A stretch of 64,000 nucleotides of DNA from Macrostomum lignano (GCA_002269645.1 NIVC01000744.1:124001-188000), one strand, 5' to 3'. Positions 47,601 to 60,873 are shown, numbered from the stretch's first letter. Notes: a model not told the origin generated them from the sequence alone. A program made the numbers and translations.

Positions 47601-50600
47601 CTCTCACACTCTCTCTGCCAGTCTCTGTTTAACGTTTAATCTCTGCCATATTACTTTCCCTCATTTTCCCTCTCAATCTATAAGCTATCTATCTATAATT
47701 TTATCAAAATATCTATATCATTTGCCAATTTCTCAAAACCACTATTTTGGCTATAATGCATCTCCTATCTCTCCATCTCCCCCTCTCGAGCTCCATCTGT
47801 CACAAGGCATGTTCTCTGATCCGCTTTCTTCTTCTACTAATATACGAGCTTGTGGAGGCCCTGAAGAAGCAGACACTATTAATTTTTAGCCCAGTTACCG
47901 CCCGGCAACCCTACATAGTCTCTATTTAGTCTCTCTTTCACATCCCTAATCAGCAATGAAAGCTCCGGGGTGACAGCTGCCGCCTCAGCCAGTATGACGC
48001 AAGCAAATTGGTCAAAAAGGAAACTATGGAGCCTAAAAGGCCGAAGATGCGGCATAGAAGCTGGACATGGGAGAGAACAGCTGCTGCTGCTGCTGCTGAG
48101 TAAAAAGAAGAGCTTGCAAAGGCCAAGCCTTATTCTACAGTCTTTGTGCTTGACAAGCCCAGCTCCGTCAGGCCGCCCAGCAACTGCATCAGATAGAGGA
48201 TTCTCGGGGAATAGCAAATTAAGTGCCCGAAGCTGTCACTGCAGCTGGGTGGGCAGCCACTTCTACCTGCACACATGACCTGCAGCCACTCGGGGATGCA
48301 GGCGATTTGGCCCGCTGTTTGACGGGTCCCCCCACGCAACGCAGCTTTGCCAACAAAAAATCCCTCGTGGGAATTCGGGTTGGGGGGGGGGGGCTGCGGC
48401 CTGGCGGTGCCCAGCTGAAGTTTTTATCCCAGCCGGGGGGGGGCAAAGGTCAGGCAGCTCAGGCCAGCGCAAACACACGGGCGGCAGTCGGTTAATCTGC
48501 TGCCGAGTCGGCTGTTTCTGAATGAGCCACACGAATCAGCCGCTTCTTGGCTGCCCTAACTCGATTCTGATGGCCTCAATTTGAGTCACTAATATTCGAG
48601 AGAGATTTGGGTAATCTGTTCTTGCCCAACCCTTGCACTGCGGAGGCAAGCAGGGAGACGGAAACGGGGATTTGTAAGCTGGGTTGGGGAAGTTGCTTGA
48701 TATGCGTGCACAATAGGAAAATGGCTTTGGGAATAGACTAAAACAGACTGAGAATAGATTGAGAATAGATTGAGGATAGACTGAGAATAGACTGAGAATA
48801 GACTGAGAATCGACTCAGAATAGATTGAAAATAGATCGAGAATATACTGAGAATAGACTGAGAATAGATCGAGAATAGACTGAGAATAGATCGAGAATAG
48901 ACTGAGAATCGATCGAGAATAGACTGAGACTAAACGCTGAGAATAGACTGAGAATAGACTGAAAATAGATCGAGAATAGACTGAGAATAGATCGAGAATA
49001 GACTGAGAATAGATCGAGAATAGACTGAGAATAGATCGAGAATAGACTGAGAATAGATCGAGAATAGACTGAGAATAGATCGAGATTAGACTGAGAATAG
49101 ATCGAGAATAGACTGAGACTAAACGCCGAGAATAGACTGAGACCAGACTGAGTTCAGTCTTGAAGTCGCCTCAGCTCCCGAGAACTCACCAGCTCAATGG
49201 ACCGGTGCAGCCTTGGCTGAGTCAGCAGGGTGTTGAAGATTTTAACTGCCGAGAAGCGCACGGAGATCCACTCGTCCAGCCGGTTCTGCTTCAGCTGGTG
49301 ACCGGGGCACCAGCCCATCTCGCTCTGGGTTTTGGTCACCCTGGTAGGTAGGAATTTCAGAAGATTCGCAGTGATTTATTGCACTCAAAATGCTCAACCA
49401 AAACACGGGTCAGAGAGCTCACTTGACACCCTCCGGGTTGAAGTGCGCGTACACGGAGCTGGCGTTGAAGCGGTCAGCGGGCAGCTCGCCGACCAGTCTG
49501 ATGGGCATGTCGCCGCCGCCGCAGGAGAACAGCGCACCGCCTGCGGGATTGCAGGTTCGGGAGCGGGGATCTGGCTTTGAGAGACCGGCTCGGGGTCGAG
49601 ATGAAAGGAGATGAGATCAGAGGATAGATTGGAGTAGAGTGGTTGGGAGTAGATAGGAGATGGGAGTAGTGGGGAGATGGGAGTAGAGGGGAGATGGGAG
49701 TAGATATGAGATGGGAGTAGAGGGGAGATGGGAGTAGAGGGGAGATGGGAGTAGTGGGGAGATGGGAGTAGAGGGGAGATGGGAGTAGAGGGGAGATGGG
49801 AGTAGAGGGGAGATGGGAGTAGAGGGGAGATGGGAGTAGAGGGAGATGGGAGCAGAGGGAGATGGGAGTAGAGGGAGATGGGAGTAGATGGGGATGGGAG
49901 TAGAGGGAGATGCGAGTAGAGGGAGATGGGAGTAGAGGGAGATGGGGAGATGGGAGTAGAGGGGAGATGGGAGTATAGGGGAGATGGGAGTAGAGAGGAG
50001 ATGGGGAGATGGGAGTAGAGGGAGATGGGAGTAGAGGGAGATAGGAGTAGAGGGAGATGGGAGTAGAGGGGAGATGGGAGTAGAGGGAGATGGGAGTAGA
50101 GGGGGATAGGAGTAGAGGGGAGATGGGAGTAGAGGGGAGATGGGAGTAGAGGGAGATGGGAGTAGAGGGGAGATGGGAGTAGAGGGGGATAGGAGTAGAG
50201 GGGAGATGGGAGTAGAGGGGAGATAGGAGTAGAGGGGAGATGGGAGCAGAGGGGAGATGGGAGATATACTAGATGGAAGTAAGATAGCTCGTATTAGTTA
50301 GGGAATAGACGTGCAAGGGGAATCAATCGGATCAATTTGAGTTCTCGATGAGGCCCAAAACTCCGCAGCTGCGGCTCAAACGGGCGGCTTTGCAAACAAA
50401 AAAGAAGCTGCTCTTAAAAAAGTACTCGTTTGGCATTAGAAAAAGTGAGGATTTAAAAATGGGGAGAATCTTCCCCTCCCCTCTCTTTTTTCGCTGCCAT
50501 TCCGTGGCAGGCGCCCCCCCCCAGCGGGCAGCCGAAGTCCCCAAGCAATTTGCGGCGCAAGGGCTGCTCAAAGAAAGAAGGATGAGAAAAATCCTCAGAA

Positions 50601-53600
50601 AGAGCCGCGGCTGCCTGGAAGCTGGTGGGCAGTGCGGGCTGGGCGCAGCAGATGCAGAGGCGGTGTGGCGACGGTCATGCTTGGCATTTGAAACAGAAGG
50701 GCGGCGCACCGCGGGGAGCCGAGAATTCCAGGGAATTCGGTGAATTTCACACTCCGGGGGGGGGGGTCGGCGACGCGGAGAAACTCCGTCAGGAAAGAAT
50801 GCTGCAGACGGGCGGGTTTTGCGGAGGGGGGCTTACAAAAAGAATTTGATGATGCAGGAAAACTATTGGGACTTGGAGGCTGCTCCGTGTCACCGCAGCT
50901 CCACCCATGTGGGAGGGACTTCCTGCCTGGAGGGCTGGGATCTCTGTTTGAGTCTGTGATGGAGCGGAGAGGCTGGGGCATAGTAGAGCTGAGTTAGAGT
51001 AGAGTTTGCAAGAATTTGGCCTCAACAAAGGGGAGAAAGAGAAGGGAACGAAGTGATGAGGCTCAGATGCTGCAGTGAGATGCCAGGACGGCTTTGGGGT
51101 TGGCGCTATCCCGCAAGGCGGCTCATTAATAATTAATGAGGCAGGCTGGGGCAGCAGTTAAGAGCGGCCCTCAGCCGGCACCCCTGAAGAGCCCTTCAGC
51201 AAAGCTGTGGGGCCCGCGAGCTGCTGATGAGGCCAAATGGGGCTCTGAGCTGCTCAAGGAATTCCTCCAGCCCACAGGCACAGCATGGCCTGAGTTTCTG
51301 GCATCGGGCCAATGAAAATTTTGCTGTCATTTCTGCGTCTGCTGCACAGCAATTGAAAAAAATTGTGTAATTGCTCGCCCGGGTTTGTCGCAGACTCCCC
51401 AAGGATTTCCCAAAGAGGCTGGCTGAGGCTAGCCAGGAGCTCAGAACACGGGAGAAGTGAACAACAGGGGCTGGGGGGGGGGCTGCCTTCAAACGGACGG
51501 TGAGCCTCGCCCAGGCCCTCGCTGCAGCTGCTCATTCAGCTGCTCAGCCTCTCTCAGCTCCTCATCAACCCGCACCCAACCCTCGCAGCTCTGCACGGGA
51601 ATAATTAGCGATAATAGCCGCCTGCGACTCCCCGCCCGCTGCCGCTCCAGCTGCTCCCGCGGCTCCGCTCCTCCTCTGGGATCTGGCTGAGCACAGTTCT
51701 CCCCAGCCTGTGCTGGGGGATATTAGGGATCAAGGCAGGAACAGGGGAGAGAGGAGTTGGGAGGCATCACAATGGCCCTTCTCAGCAACAACAATGGCTG
51801 ATGAGGCTGAGCTGCGGCAGCTGGGGGATATGAGATCCTGCAGTATTTTTTGAAGAGAGGCACTTTTTAGCTCAACCGCTAGCTGGGGAATATTTGGCTC
51901 GGCTGAGTCACTGCGGACGTCTGTCGTCACCTGTCAGTTGTCTCTTGACCTGTCCAGTGATAATTCACTGAGGCAAGGACCCCGCCTGTGTTCAGGCCAT
52001 CCCTATGCCAGCCTTTTTCACGTGTGAGACATCAGGTAACCGATTTCATTAGCGGGCGTTGAAATTTGACTCAGCTGGAGCAGAATCTCCGACTAGATTA
52101 AAAACACAGGCCAAGCTCAAGCTGAGCACAGAGACAAGACTGAGTCATTTCTCATCCTTCCTGCTTTGGCTGGGTTTTCGATTTCTAAAAACCGATTTGC
52201 TTTTATCTGCTGCTGAGCAAACAGGCCAGAATGTTCTCAATTCTCACTCAATGACTCATGCCGCAGAGCCCAGGTTTGGCTAAGAAATTTGGCATTGAGG
52301 CGGATTTCAAATCTCAAATGTGTTTTTCATATTTTTCTTCACTGAATGCAGTGGTTGGGGGGGGCTCCCAGACAATGGCCCATGGTTTGGGAACTTTGCT
52401 AGGGTGCGAAAGTTGAAGCATTTTCAACGCCTGGAGCGCAGCAGATTGCAGACTGCCAATCAGGCAGGCTCTGGCTGGGGAAGCTCACTCTCGATCGATA
52501 TGAACTGCTGTGCAAACAGCAACTCACAGTGTCCAAACTGCATTTGAAAGCGCCACCTTCTATACGCGTCTCCTTACCAGTGTGGGTGGCGCGTCAGTCA
52601 AAGCTGTCTGTATCAGCTGAGGCAGTTCATTTATAAAGCAATAAAATTCTCAAGACCCCTCCTGCATGTTTACTCGCATGCTGTCCAGTAAATTATAGAC
52701 TTGGCAGACTGACACCGTAGCTGTTGTGTTTACCTGATTTTACAATTCACAGGTAAAGTTCGGTCTTAGTTCAGAGCAATCAACTACACTTAAATTCATT
52801 ATTTTCCTTTCATTCCAGGCACGTGTGAACTATCCGAACTGCATAATGAATGCCCAGTCAATCGACTTCAAGGCCCCCTAAATTGAGGGAAACAGAACAT
52901 CGGATCTGGTTTCAACAGTCTCTGCTTTCCGTTTGCGACACCGCCTGCTTTGTGCTTCTCTGTGTGCGATGGGCCAGCCGTGTCCGCGGCCATCACGACA
53001 GGCCAGTTTGAAATTCCTGTTTAGATTATTAAGTGCTTCTATCTCTTCAATGCTTATTCGACATGTGCAGGAGGGCAGGGCCTGAACAATGATCCGCCAT
53101 GATAGGGATCGGAGGACCACGGAGCCCCATAAAGTAAATATTTGGGAAATGGCAAGGAAAATCCACTTGAGGCTGGCTTATGCTGCTGCTGAGATGCATG
53201 GAGATGATCAGGAGATTCCATTGAAGGGCCAGACTCCCCCCAGCCAGATGCAGAAGGCGCAGTCGCGGCCCCATGCGAATGCCCGCCTGTCAATCACCTG
53301 CGAGTCGGTGAGAGTCGGAGAAAGCGGTCGGTGTGTTTGCTGAGCCTGCTGTGACAAAGCTGCCGTGACCCGCGGCGACAGCCGGGCCACCAAGGGAAAT
53401 CTGGGGTCTGGGGCTCAGGTGAGCACAGCAATTAGGATTTGCGGGGTGGAGACCCGCTCGGGCCTGCGTGAGGATCCGTGAAGGCCTCGCAGCAGAACTC
53501 ACTGGGAGCAGCTTCAGTGCACAAGCAAAAGTTGCCGGGGCCACCACCGGAACAAGTGCGGCAGATTAGCCGAGGCCTGCATAGTGTAGAGTTGCCCAAT

Positions 53601-53716
53601 AAATTCTCCCCTCTTCCTTCTTCTGCAGCTCAGCCCCAAGAAGATTTGCGGGGCAACAGAAATGCTTTGGTCTTAGGAGTTAATCCAGTGCGCTGCTGCG
53701 GCGGAAATGGACGGGG

Positions 53717-53761
<45 letters not shown>

Positions 53762-56350
53762 GGACACAAAAGCCGCTTGGAGCTGCTGCGTGTGGGAAGC
53801 GGCGGAGACCGACGAAATCCCCCCTCCCAGCACCAACTAATCCGTCGCAGGTGCCGCCGTGTCGCCGGCGACAACACAGGGGAAAATTTTCTGCTACTAG
53901 AGGCAGAGAGGCGATATTTGCCGCTGCTTTGGCTCAAGAGAAATTCGAGCTTAAATTCGAGAAAGTTCTGGGGATAAAAGGGGGATTATGGGAGAAGATA
54001 CGAATTTTTTAGGACGAAGGGTTCAAGTTGGGACAAGGGAGGGAAGCTTGAAGATGAACTGAGGGAAGCTGAAAGATGAAGAGAAGGAAGCTGAAAGATG
54101 AAGGGAGGGAAGCTGGAAGATAAAGGGAGGGAAGCTGGAAGATGAAGGGAGGGAAGCTAGAAGATGAAGGGAGGGAAGCTGGAAGATGGAGAGGGAAGCT
54201 GGAAGATGAAAGGAGGGAAGCTGGAAGATGAAGAGAGGGAAGCTGTAAGATGAAGGGAGGGAAGCTGGAAGATGGAGAGGGAAGCTGGAAGATGGAAGGA
54301 GGGAAGCTGGAAGATGAAGAGAGGGAAGCTGTAAGATGAAGGGAGGGAAGCTGGGAGACGAAGGGAGGGAAGCTGGAGGATAAACTGAGGGAAGATGGAG
54401 ACGAAGGAGGGAAGCTGGAGACGAAGGAGGGAAGCTGGAAGGCACGGATCCGACATCAAAGAAAGGCACCGGGGACATGAAAAGTTCAGCCTCAGCAGGC
54501 AGCCTGTGCTTGGCGAACCCTCTTTTGCCTACTAAAATGCTTTCGACTTTCGGCACGAAGCGAAGCCTTTCAGATGCTGTGAGGCCTGCGTCTCATTTAA
54601 CTCTCACCTGCCCGCCAGAAGTCAATCAAAGATGCTGGATTAATCCGCTCCCATGTTCGGCGTACACTTTTTCTTTCTCCATATATAAAAATGGCCACAG
54701 ATAAAAGCATTGATCCCCAGTTTGGTCCGCAGGGGAGTGGATGGCGAGTGGGGAAGATTGACGATGCAGTTTCTGGGGCTATTCGGATTGGGGATAAAGG
54801 AGGTATATTTCTATTATAGCCAGCCACACGTGTGCGTGCGTGAAAGGGATCCCGGATCCTCTTTGCCCCTCCCCTCACTTTGCCATACTTCTCCCATGAC
54901 TGCCACCTACCTTACAATAAGAAGTAGCAGGGATCTGGGTCAACCTTGCGTGGGATCTGTTTGAAGCCAGAAGTTACCTGCTCTGGGGGGAGCCATAGAC
55001 TGGGACAGGGGTGGGCAAGGGAAGGCCATAGACTGGGACAGGGGTGGGCAAGGGAAGGCCATAGACTGGGACAGGGGTGGGCAAGGGAAGGCCATAGACT
55101 AGGACAGGGGTGGGCAAGGGAAGGCCATAGACTGGGACAGGGGTGGGCAAGGGAAGGCCATAGACTGGGACAGGGGTGGGCAAGGGAAGGCCATAGACTA
55201 GGACAGGGGTGGGCAAGGGAAGGCCGTAGACTGGGACAGGGATGGGCAAGGGAAGGCCATAGACTGGGACAGGGGTGGGCAAGGGAAGGCCATAGACTGA
55301 GACAGGGGTGGGCAAGGGAAGGCCATAGACTGAGACAGGGGTGGGCAAGGGAAGGCCATAGACTGAGACAGGGGTGGGCAAGGGAAGGCCGTAGACTGGG
55401 ACAGGGATGGGCAAGGGAAGGCCATAGACTGGGACAGGGGTGGGCAAGGGAAGGCCATAGACTGGGACAGGGGTGGGCAAGGGAAGGCCATAGACTGAGA
55501 CAGGGGTGGGCAAGGGAAGGCCGTAGACTGGGACAGGGATGGGCAAGGGAAGGCCATAGACTGGGACAGGGGTGGGCAAGGGAAGGCCATAGACTGGGAC
55601 AGGGGTGGGCAAGGGAAGGCCATAGACTGAGACAGGGGTGGGCAAGGGAAGGCCATTGACTAGGACAGGGGTGAGCAAGGGTTTCCGTAAGACAGGAAAA
55701 AGGGGTTAGCTGTGAAAGTCGCATCACAGGGCGGCAGTGCGGCACCAACTGGAAAGTTGACCACTAGCAGTTGAGCTGCAGCATGCTAATCAATGTATCA
55801 TCAAGTGTCATAAAAGTTTCTGCAAAAGCAGACAGTCGGTAGTCAGGAAAGCACATCCTGCCGCCACTGTTCGCTTGAAGCAGAAAAGTCGAGTCAAACC
55901 GCCCTTTGGGGGTGATCTTACAGACTCTCCAGGGCCCTGCAGGGTTTGCAAAGCTTGTAAAGCGAATAGACGAGAACCCTATTGACCACCCAGAGCTGGC
56001 CACAGGCTGTTACAATGGAGCGATGGATTTCAGAGATATGTCTGTCATAGCCGAGGCTCTCACTGCACCAGGACAGGCCGCGATATAAAATATGCAAAAA
56101 ATATTTATTCACGCCCGGGGCGGGCAGCGCAAGCCACGCGGGCTTAACGGGCCGGAACTCGAATTGCGCAGCAGTTCATTGCGATGCGAAATTTGGGGCG
56201 ATTGAGACTCGGATTAAACAACTCGAAAACTGGAGTCACCGCTGCGCATTGGAAATCTGATAGCAGATGGCGCTTTTCGAAAATGAAACCCCTGCCGGAT
56301 GTCAGCAGCGGACAGTTTCCGGCGAAACACTGACGGACAGCCAGACAGGC

Positions 56351-56439
<89 letters not shown>

Positions 56440-56782
56440 GGCAGACATGTTGAGCTGCTGGCAAGCATGCGGGGTCAGTCTGGCTCAATCGCTCTGTTGC
56501 CGGGCCTTGACTGCACTCAGAGCTCTTCAATGCCTCCCACAAAAAGTTGTGGGAGGCTTTTACGATCCCGGGTGAAGGCAGGAAAAGACTGCATGGTGAT
56601 TTCACTGCTCACTGGCAGTGAACACAAAGTTCAAAATGCGGAACCGAAAGCTTCAATATCTTTATGACTGCAGGCCACTATTTACTGAAGGCATGCGTGG
56701 GCGGTCACTCACCCCGAATTCCGGAGCCGAGCGCCAGCAACAGCTGCAGAGTCAGCCAGACTCCAAAGATTCGCTTCTGCAT
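29635..56782 (-). CDS. DDR: Discoidin domain receptor tyrosine kinase, 1042 aa; exons 56782-56713, 49540-49423, 49340-49190, 44474-44367, 42276-41619, 33566-32544, 30754-30198, 30078-29635
   Basis: Signal peptide MQKRIFGVWLTLQLLLALGSGIRG|; discoidin domain (ASS, GWCP, TQPR, GEF, VCLKFELFGC); DS-like domain (GGLGQLTD, LEFEFDQVRLF, WMLLSEVQFDS); TM YIVIIVSSLLGALLLMLTVGLLCL; JM LNIQGCSGNTVYA; kinase GGGQFGEV, VAVKTL, HRDLACRN, DFGMSR, LPIRWM, SDVWSF, FLQRKN. All junctions are GT-AG and phase-consistent (3129 nt). Minus-strand AATAAA at 28614-28609. Confidence 0.94.
30821..31320. repeat. Minisatellite, 20-bp unit (TCCAGTGTGCTTCTCATCTA), DDR intron 6
   Basis: Visible array ending about 65 nt from the acceptor. 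Confidence 0.96.
32337..32477. repeat. Minisatellite, 22-bp unit (TGGCGCCATAGACATTGGTATC), DDR intron 6
   Basis: About 6 tandem units. Confidence 0.92.
33615..33920 (-). mobile_element. tRNA-derived SINE (same family as 18021-18160), longer copy, in DDR intron 5
   Basis: Minus strand: AAGCCTAATGG (A-box-like), GGTTCGATTCC (B-box), then TGTGTTCTTGAGAAAGGCACTTAACTCTGCATTGCTTCAGTTCACCCAGCTGTAAAATAGG. The 3' boundary is approximate. Confidence 0.85.
33966..34615. repeat. Minisatellite, 57/58-bp unit (GAGAGTCAGACTCGCTACCGCTGAGCTGCTCTGGCAGACCTCAGGATAACTTCAGGA), DDR intron 5
   Basis: About 11 tandem units; the longest unit in the window. Confidence 0.96.
36324..37131. repeat. Minisatellite, 27-bp unit (GAGTGACAAAGACGCCTAGGCCAAGAA), DDR intron 5
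   Basis: Homogeneous right half, degenerate left half. Confidence 0.95.
39772..40162. repeat. Minisatellite, 25-bp unit (GTACAGACAGGGCTATAGACTCAGT), DDR intron 5
   Basis: Visible tandem array. Confidence 0.95.
42415..42866. repeat. Minisatellite, 21-bp unit (TCGGACAGAATCCCTAGACTT), partly degenerate, DDR intron 4
   Basis: Clear core at 42460-42600 with decayed copies out to ~42866. Confidence 0.88.
43790..44349. repeat. Minisatellite, 20-bp unit (GAGGTACTGGAGTGTCAGTA), DDR intron 4
   Basis: Begins about 17 nt from the donor at 44366. Confidence 0.95.
45902..47625. repeat. Minisatellite, 20-bp unit (CTCTCTGCCAGTCTCTCACC), ~1.7 kb, DDR intron 3
   Basis: Largest array in the window; it lacks stop codons in all + frames. 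Confidence 0.97.
48734..49145. repeat. Minisatellite, 11/22-bp unit (GAGAATAGACT / GAGAATAGATC), DDR intron 3
   Basis: Starts about 45 nt from the donor at 49189. Confidence 0.93.
49625..50275. repeat. Purine-rich minisatellite, 17/18-bp unit (GGGGAGATGGGAGTAGAG), DDR intron 1
   Basis: Visible tandem array near the exon 2 acceptor. Confidence 0.94.
53719..53760. repeat. (CTG)n trinucleotide microsatellite, ~14 units
   Basis: Read directly. Confidence 0.95.
54037..54441. repeat. Purine-rich degenerate minisatellite, ~22-bp unit (GGGAAGCTGGAAGATGAAGGGA)
   Basis: Visible tandem array. Confidence 0.9.
54992..55680. repeat. Minisatellite, 33-bp unit (CCATAGACTGGGACAGGGGTGGGCAAGGGAAGG), DDR intron 1
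   Basis: About 21 tandem units. Confidence 0.96.
56339..56446. repeat. (CAGA)n microsatellite
   Basis: Read directly. Confidence 0.95.
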
Positions 56783-57436
56783 GGCGCCTTGCTGAGCTGG
56801 CTCTCTGTTGAAGAAACTCAAGCAAAGCAGAGTTGGGAATTATGATTATTATTTGTGTTGTCTGCAGGTTGCTGCATTGGCGGGTTGGCAATTGTCTCTG
56901 CCGTGCGCTGAGGCCCGGGCCGGAAATCCAGCAGCAACAGGAACTGCTTTTATTGTCTTTCAGCTCTCACTTTCACTCTCTGTCTGCTTTCTCACTTCTT
57001 TTTGCTGGCTTCCTATTAAAAGCAGAGCGAGACAGAGCGAAGACGCGTCGGGCATGGCCTGGAGCTGTGCATGTGAAGCCAGGGGGGCTGTGGGGTGTTA
57101 TAATAGCCAAGGCATTGGCCAGGCACCCACCTCCATATCGCATTGCCCAGACAACACATGCCTCACATCTGGTTGGCTGGGCTCTGATATTGAAAGGGGC
57201 TGCCATGGGAGAAGCCAGGACCGCTGCGATTGGCTGGGCCAGACACGGCACACAGACAGAACTTTAGCAGAGAGTCGCCGGGGCTGGGGAAATGCCAAAT
57301 ACCTGGCTTGGGCGGTGAATTTGATATACTTTTATTTTTTGTCTCTAGGGGAGCAGCTGCGCAGGGGAAGCCAAACTGACAAAAGAGGCGTGACTGAGCG
57401 ATTATGGAAGTGGAAACTCTTCTTCTCTGCCCAGGG

Positions 57437-57945
<509 letters not shown>

Positions 57946-57962
57946 CAAGAAATATAGATAAC

Positions 57963-58907
57963 AGAGGGTGTGATACAGGAGGGGAGGGTGTGATACGGGA
58001 GAGGAGGGTGTGACGCAGGAGGGAGGAGGGTGTGACACAGGAGGGAGGAGGGTGTGACGCAGGAGGGAGGAGGGTGTGACGCAGGAGGGAGGAGGGTGTG
58101 ACGCAGGAGGGGAGTAGGGTTTGACGCAGGAGGGAGGAGGGTGTGACGCAGGAGGGAGGAGGGTGTGACGCAGGAGGGAGGAGGGTGTGACGCAGGAGGG
58201 AGGAGGGTGTGACGCAGGAGGGAGGAGGGTGTGACGCAGGAGGGAGGAGGGTGTGACGCAGGAGGGAGGAGGGTGTGACGCAGGAGGGGAGTAGGGTTTG
58301 ACGCAGGAGGGAGGAGGGTGTGACGCAGGAGGGAGGAGGGTGTGACGCAGGAGGGAGGAGGGTGTGACGCAGGAGGGAGGAGGGTGTGACGCAGGAGGGA
58401 GGAGTGTGTGATGCAGGAGGGAGGAGTGTGTGATGCAGGAGGGAGGAGGGTGTGACGCAGGAGGGAGGAGGGTGTGACGCAGGAGGGAGGAGGGTGTGAC
58501 GCAGGAGGGAGGAGGGTGTGATGCAGGAGGGAGGAGGGTGTGACGCAGGAGGGAGGAGGGTGTGACGCAGGAGGGAGGAGGGTGTGACGCAGGAGGGAGG
58601 AGGGTGTGACGCAGGAGGGAGGAGGGTGTGACGCAGGAGGGAGGAGGGTGTGACGCAGGAGGGAGGAGGGTGTGACGCAGGAGGGGAGTAGGGTTTGACG
58701 CAGGAGGGAGGAGGGTGTGACGCAGGAGGGAGGAGGGTGTGATGCAGGAGGGAGGAGGGTGTGACGCAGGAGGGAGGAGGGTGTGACGCAGGAGGGAGGA
58801 GGGTGTGACGCAGGAGGGAGGAGGGTGTGACGCAGGAGGGAGGAGGGTGTGATGCAGGAGGGAGGAGGGTGTGACGCAGGAGGGAGGAGGGTGTGACGCA
58901 GGAGAGG
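57963..58907. repeat. Minisatellite, 22-bp unit (GACGCAGGAGGGAGGAGGGTGT)
   Basis: Visible tandem array with a recurring GGGGAGTAGGGTTT variant. Confidence 0.96.
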
Positions 58908-59507
58908 AGAAGAAGCCAGAGCAGAAGCAGCAGAACAAAAGCAGATCAGGTCCGCAAAAGTCAGCCAAGAGGGTGGGCCAAAGCAAGTAAGAACCCGCCT
59001 GTTCCAAATGTCCCTTACCGCCTGCAGCTTTTTACTCGCAGTCGAGAGAGCAGAGATCGTGAGCACAATTTTTTGCGAGATCAAACAGGCCACACGGGCC
59101 AGTTTTTGTTACTCGAACTGCGCAGCTGCCCGAGCTCAAAGACGTGCTCAGATTCAAATTCTGCGCGTGACAATCCTGGCGACTCAGCGCTGCGCACGGG
59201 GGTGTCGGACTAAAAAAGTTGCATCTGTTGCCCCAACTGGGTCCGGGCTGGGCTGTGTTTGCAAACCGTGTTGCTTTCCAAGCAGTCCGCCTTGCCGTCT
59301 TTTGTGATTGGGAAGAGAGGGGGGCGAGCTGGGCGAGCGCTTTCGCGTTGTGAAAGTCACGCATCTGCAGAGGATGAGGCACCGAGTTATAGATGTAGAC
59401 TCTCCTGAGCCTATATAGTGAGTTGCAAATCCTAATTTGCATCCCATCCAACCGTTTCAGTACACTGTGACTGATTTAGTTCTACAGCAGTGAAACAAGA
59501 ATTGCAG

Positions 59508-60873
59508 CAGTCACAACAGTGTCACAGCAGTCACAACAGTGTCACAGCAGTCACAACAGTGTCACAGCAGTCACAACAGTGTCGCAGCAGTCACAACAGT
59601 GTCACAGAAGTCACAACAGTGTCGCAGCAGTCACAACAGTGTCACAGCAGTCACAACAGTGTCACAGAAGTCACAACAGTGTCACAGAAGTCACAACAGT
59701 GTCACAGCAGTCACAACAGTGTCACAGAAGTCACAACAGTGTCGCAGCAGTCACAACAGTGTCACAGAAGTCACAACAGTGTCACAGAAGTCACAACAGT
59801 GTCACAGAAGTCACAACAGTGTCACAGCAGTCACAACAGTGTCACAGAAGTCACAACAGTGTCGCAGCAGTCACAACAGTGTCACAGCAGTCACAACAGT
59901 GTCGCAGCAGTCACAACAGTGTCACAGCAGTCACATCAGTGTCGCAGCAGTCACAACAGTGTCACAGAAGTCACAACAGTGTCGCAGCAGTCACAACAGT
60001 GTCACAGCAGTCACAACAGTGTCGCAGCAGTCACAACAGTGTCACAGCAGTCACAACAGTGTCGCAGCAGTCACAACAGTGTCACAGCAGTCACATCAGT
60101 GTCGCAGCAGTCACAACAGTGTCACAGAAGTCACAACAGTGTCGCAGCAGTCACAACAGTGTCACAGCAGTCACAACAGTGTCGCAGCAGTCACAACAGT
60201 GTCGCAGCAGTCACAACAGTGTCACAGCAGTCACAACAGTGTCGCAGCAGTCACAACAGTGTCACAGCAGTCACATCAGTGTCGCAGCAGTCACAACAGT
60301 GTCACAGCAGTCACATCAGTGTCGCAGCAGTCACAACAGTGTCACAGCAGTCACAACAGTGTCGCAGCAGTCACAACAGTGTCACAGAAGTCACAACAGT
60401 GTCGCAGCAGTCACAACAGTGTCACAGCAGTCACAACAGTGTCACAGAAGTCACAACAGTGTCACAGAAGTCACAACAGTGTCACAGCAGTCACAACAGT
60501 GTCACAGAAGTCACAACAGTGTCGCAGCAGTCACAACAGTGTCACAGCAGTCACAACAGTGTCACAGAAGTCACAACAGTGTCACAGAAGTCACAACAGT
60601 GTCACAGCAGTCACAACAGTGTCACAGAAGTCACAACAGTGTCGCAGCAGTCACAACAGTGTCACAGCAGTCACAACAGTGTCGCAGCAGTCACAACAGT
60701 GTCACAGCAGTCACATCAGTGTCACAGCAGTCACAACAGTGTCACAGAAGTCACAACAGTGTCACAGCAGTCACAATAGTGTCGCAGCAGCCACAACAGT
60801 GCCACAACAGTTGCACAAAAGTGCCACAAAAGTGCCACAAAAGTGCCACAACAGTGCCACAAAAGTGCCACAA
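59508..60873. repeat. Minisatellite, 20-bp unit (GTCACAGCAGTCACAACAGT)
   Basis: Visible tandem array, degenerate at the right end. Confidence 0.97.

Noticed and set aside
45740-47889. Three overlapping 600-700-aa ORFs
   Set aside because: They are translations of a stop-free 20-bp minisatellite in all three frames, lying antisense inside DDR intron 3.
50540-50620. RLFLRIFLILLSLSSPCAANC as the DDR signal peptide
   Set aside because: There is no phase-1 GT donor after it; the 56782-56713 exon has a good ATG context and a phase-matching GTGAGT.
53707-54012. ORF with an apparent signal peptide MDGGLLLLLLLLLLLLLLLG
   Set aside because: The Leu run is a (CTG)n microsatellite antisense within DDR intron 1, and the rest is not recognisable. 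The real DDR signal exon is 56782-56713.
54912-55748. Extensin-like YGLPLPTPVPV and HRLGQGWAREG ORFs
   Set aside because: A 33-bp array read in frame.
55906-56088. Protein-like 60-aa plus-strand ORF in DDR intron 1
   Set aside because: No ATG start, convincing splice sites or recognisable motif.
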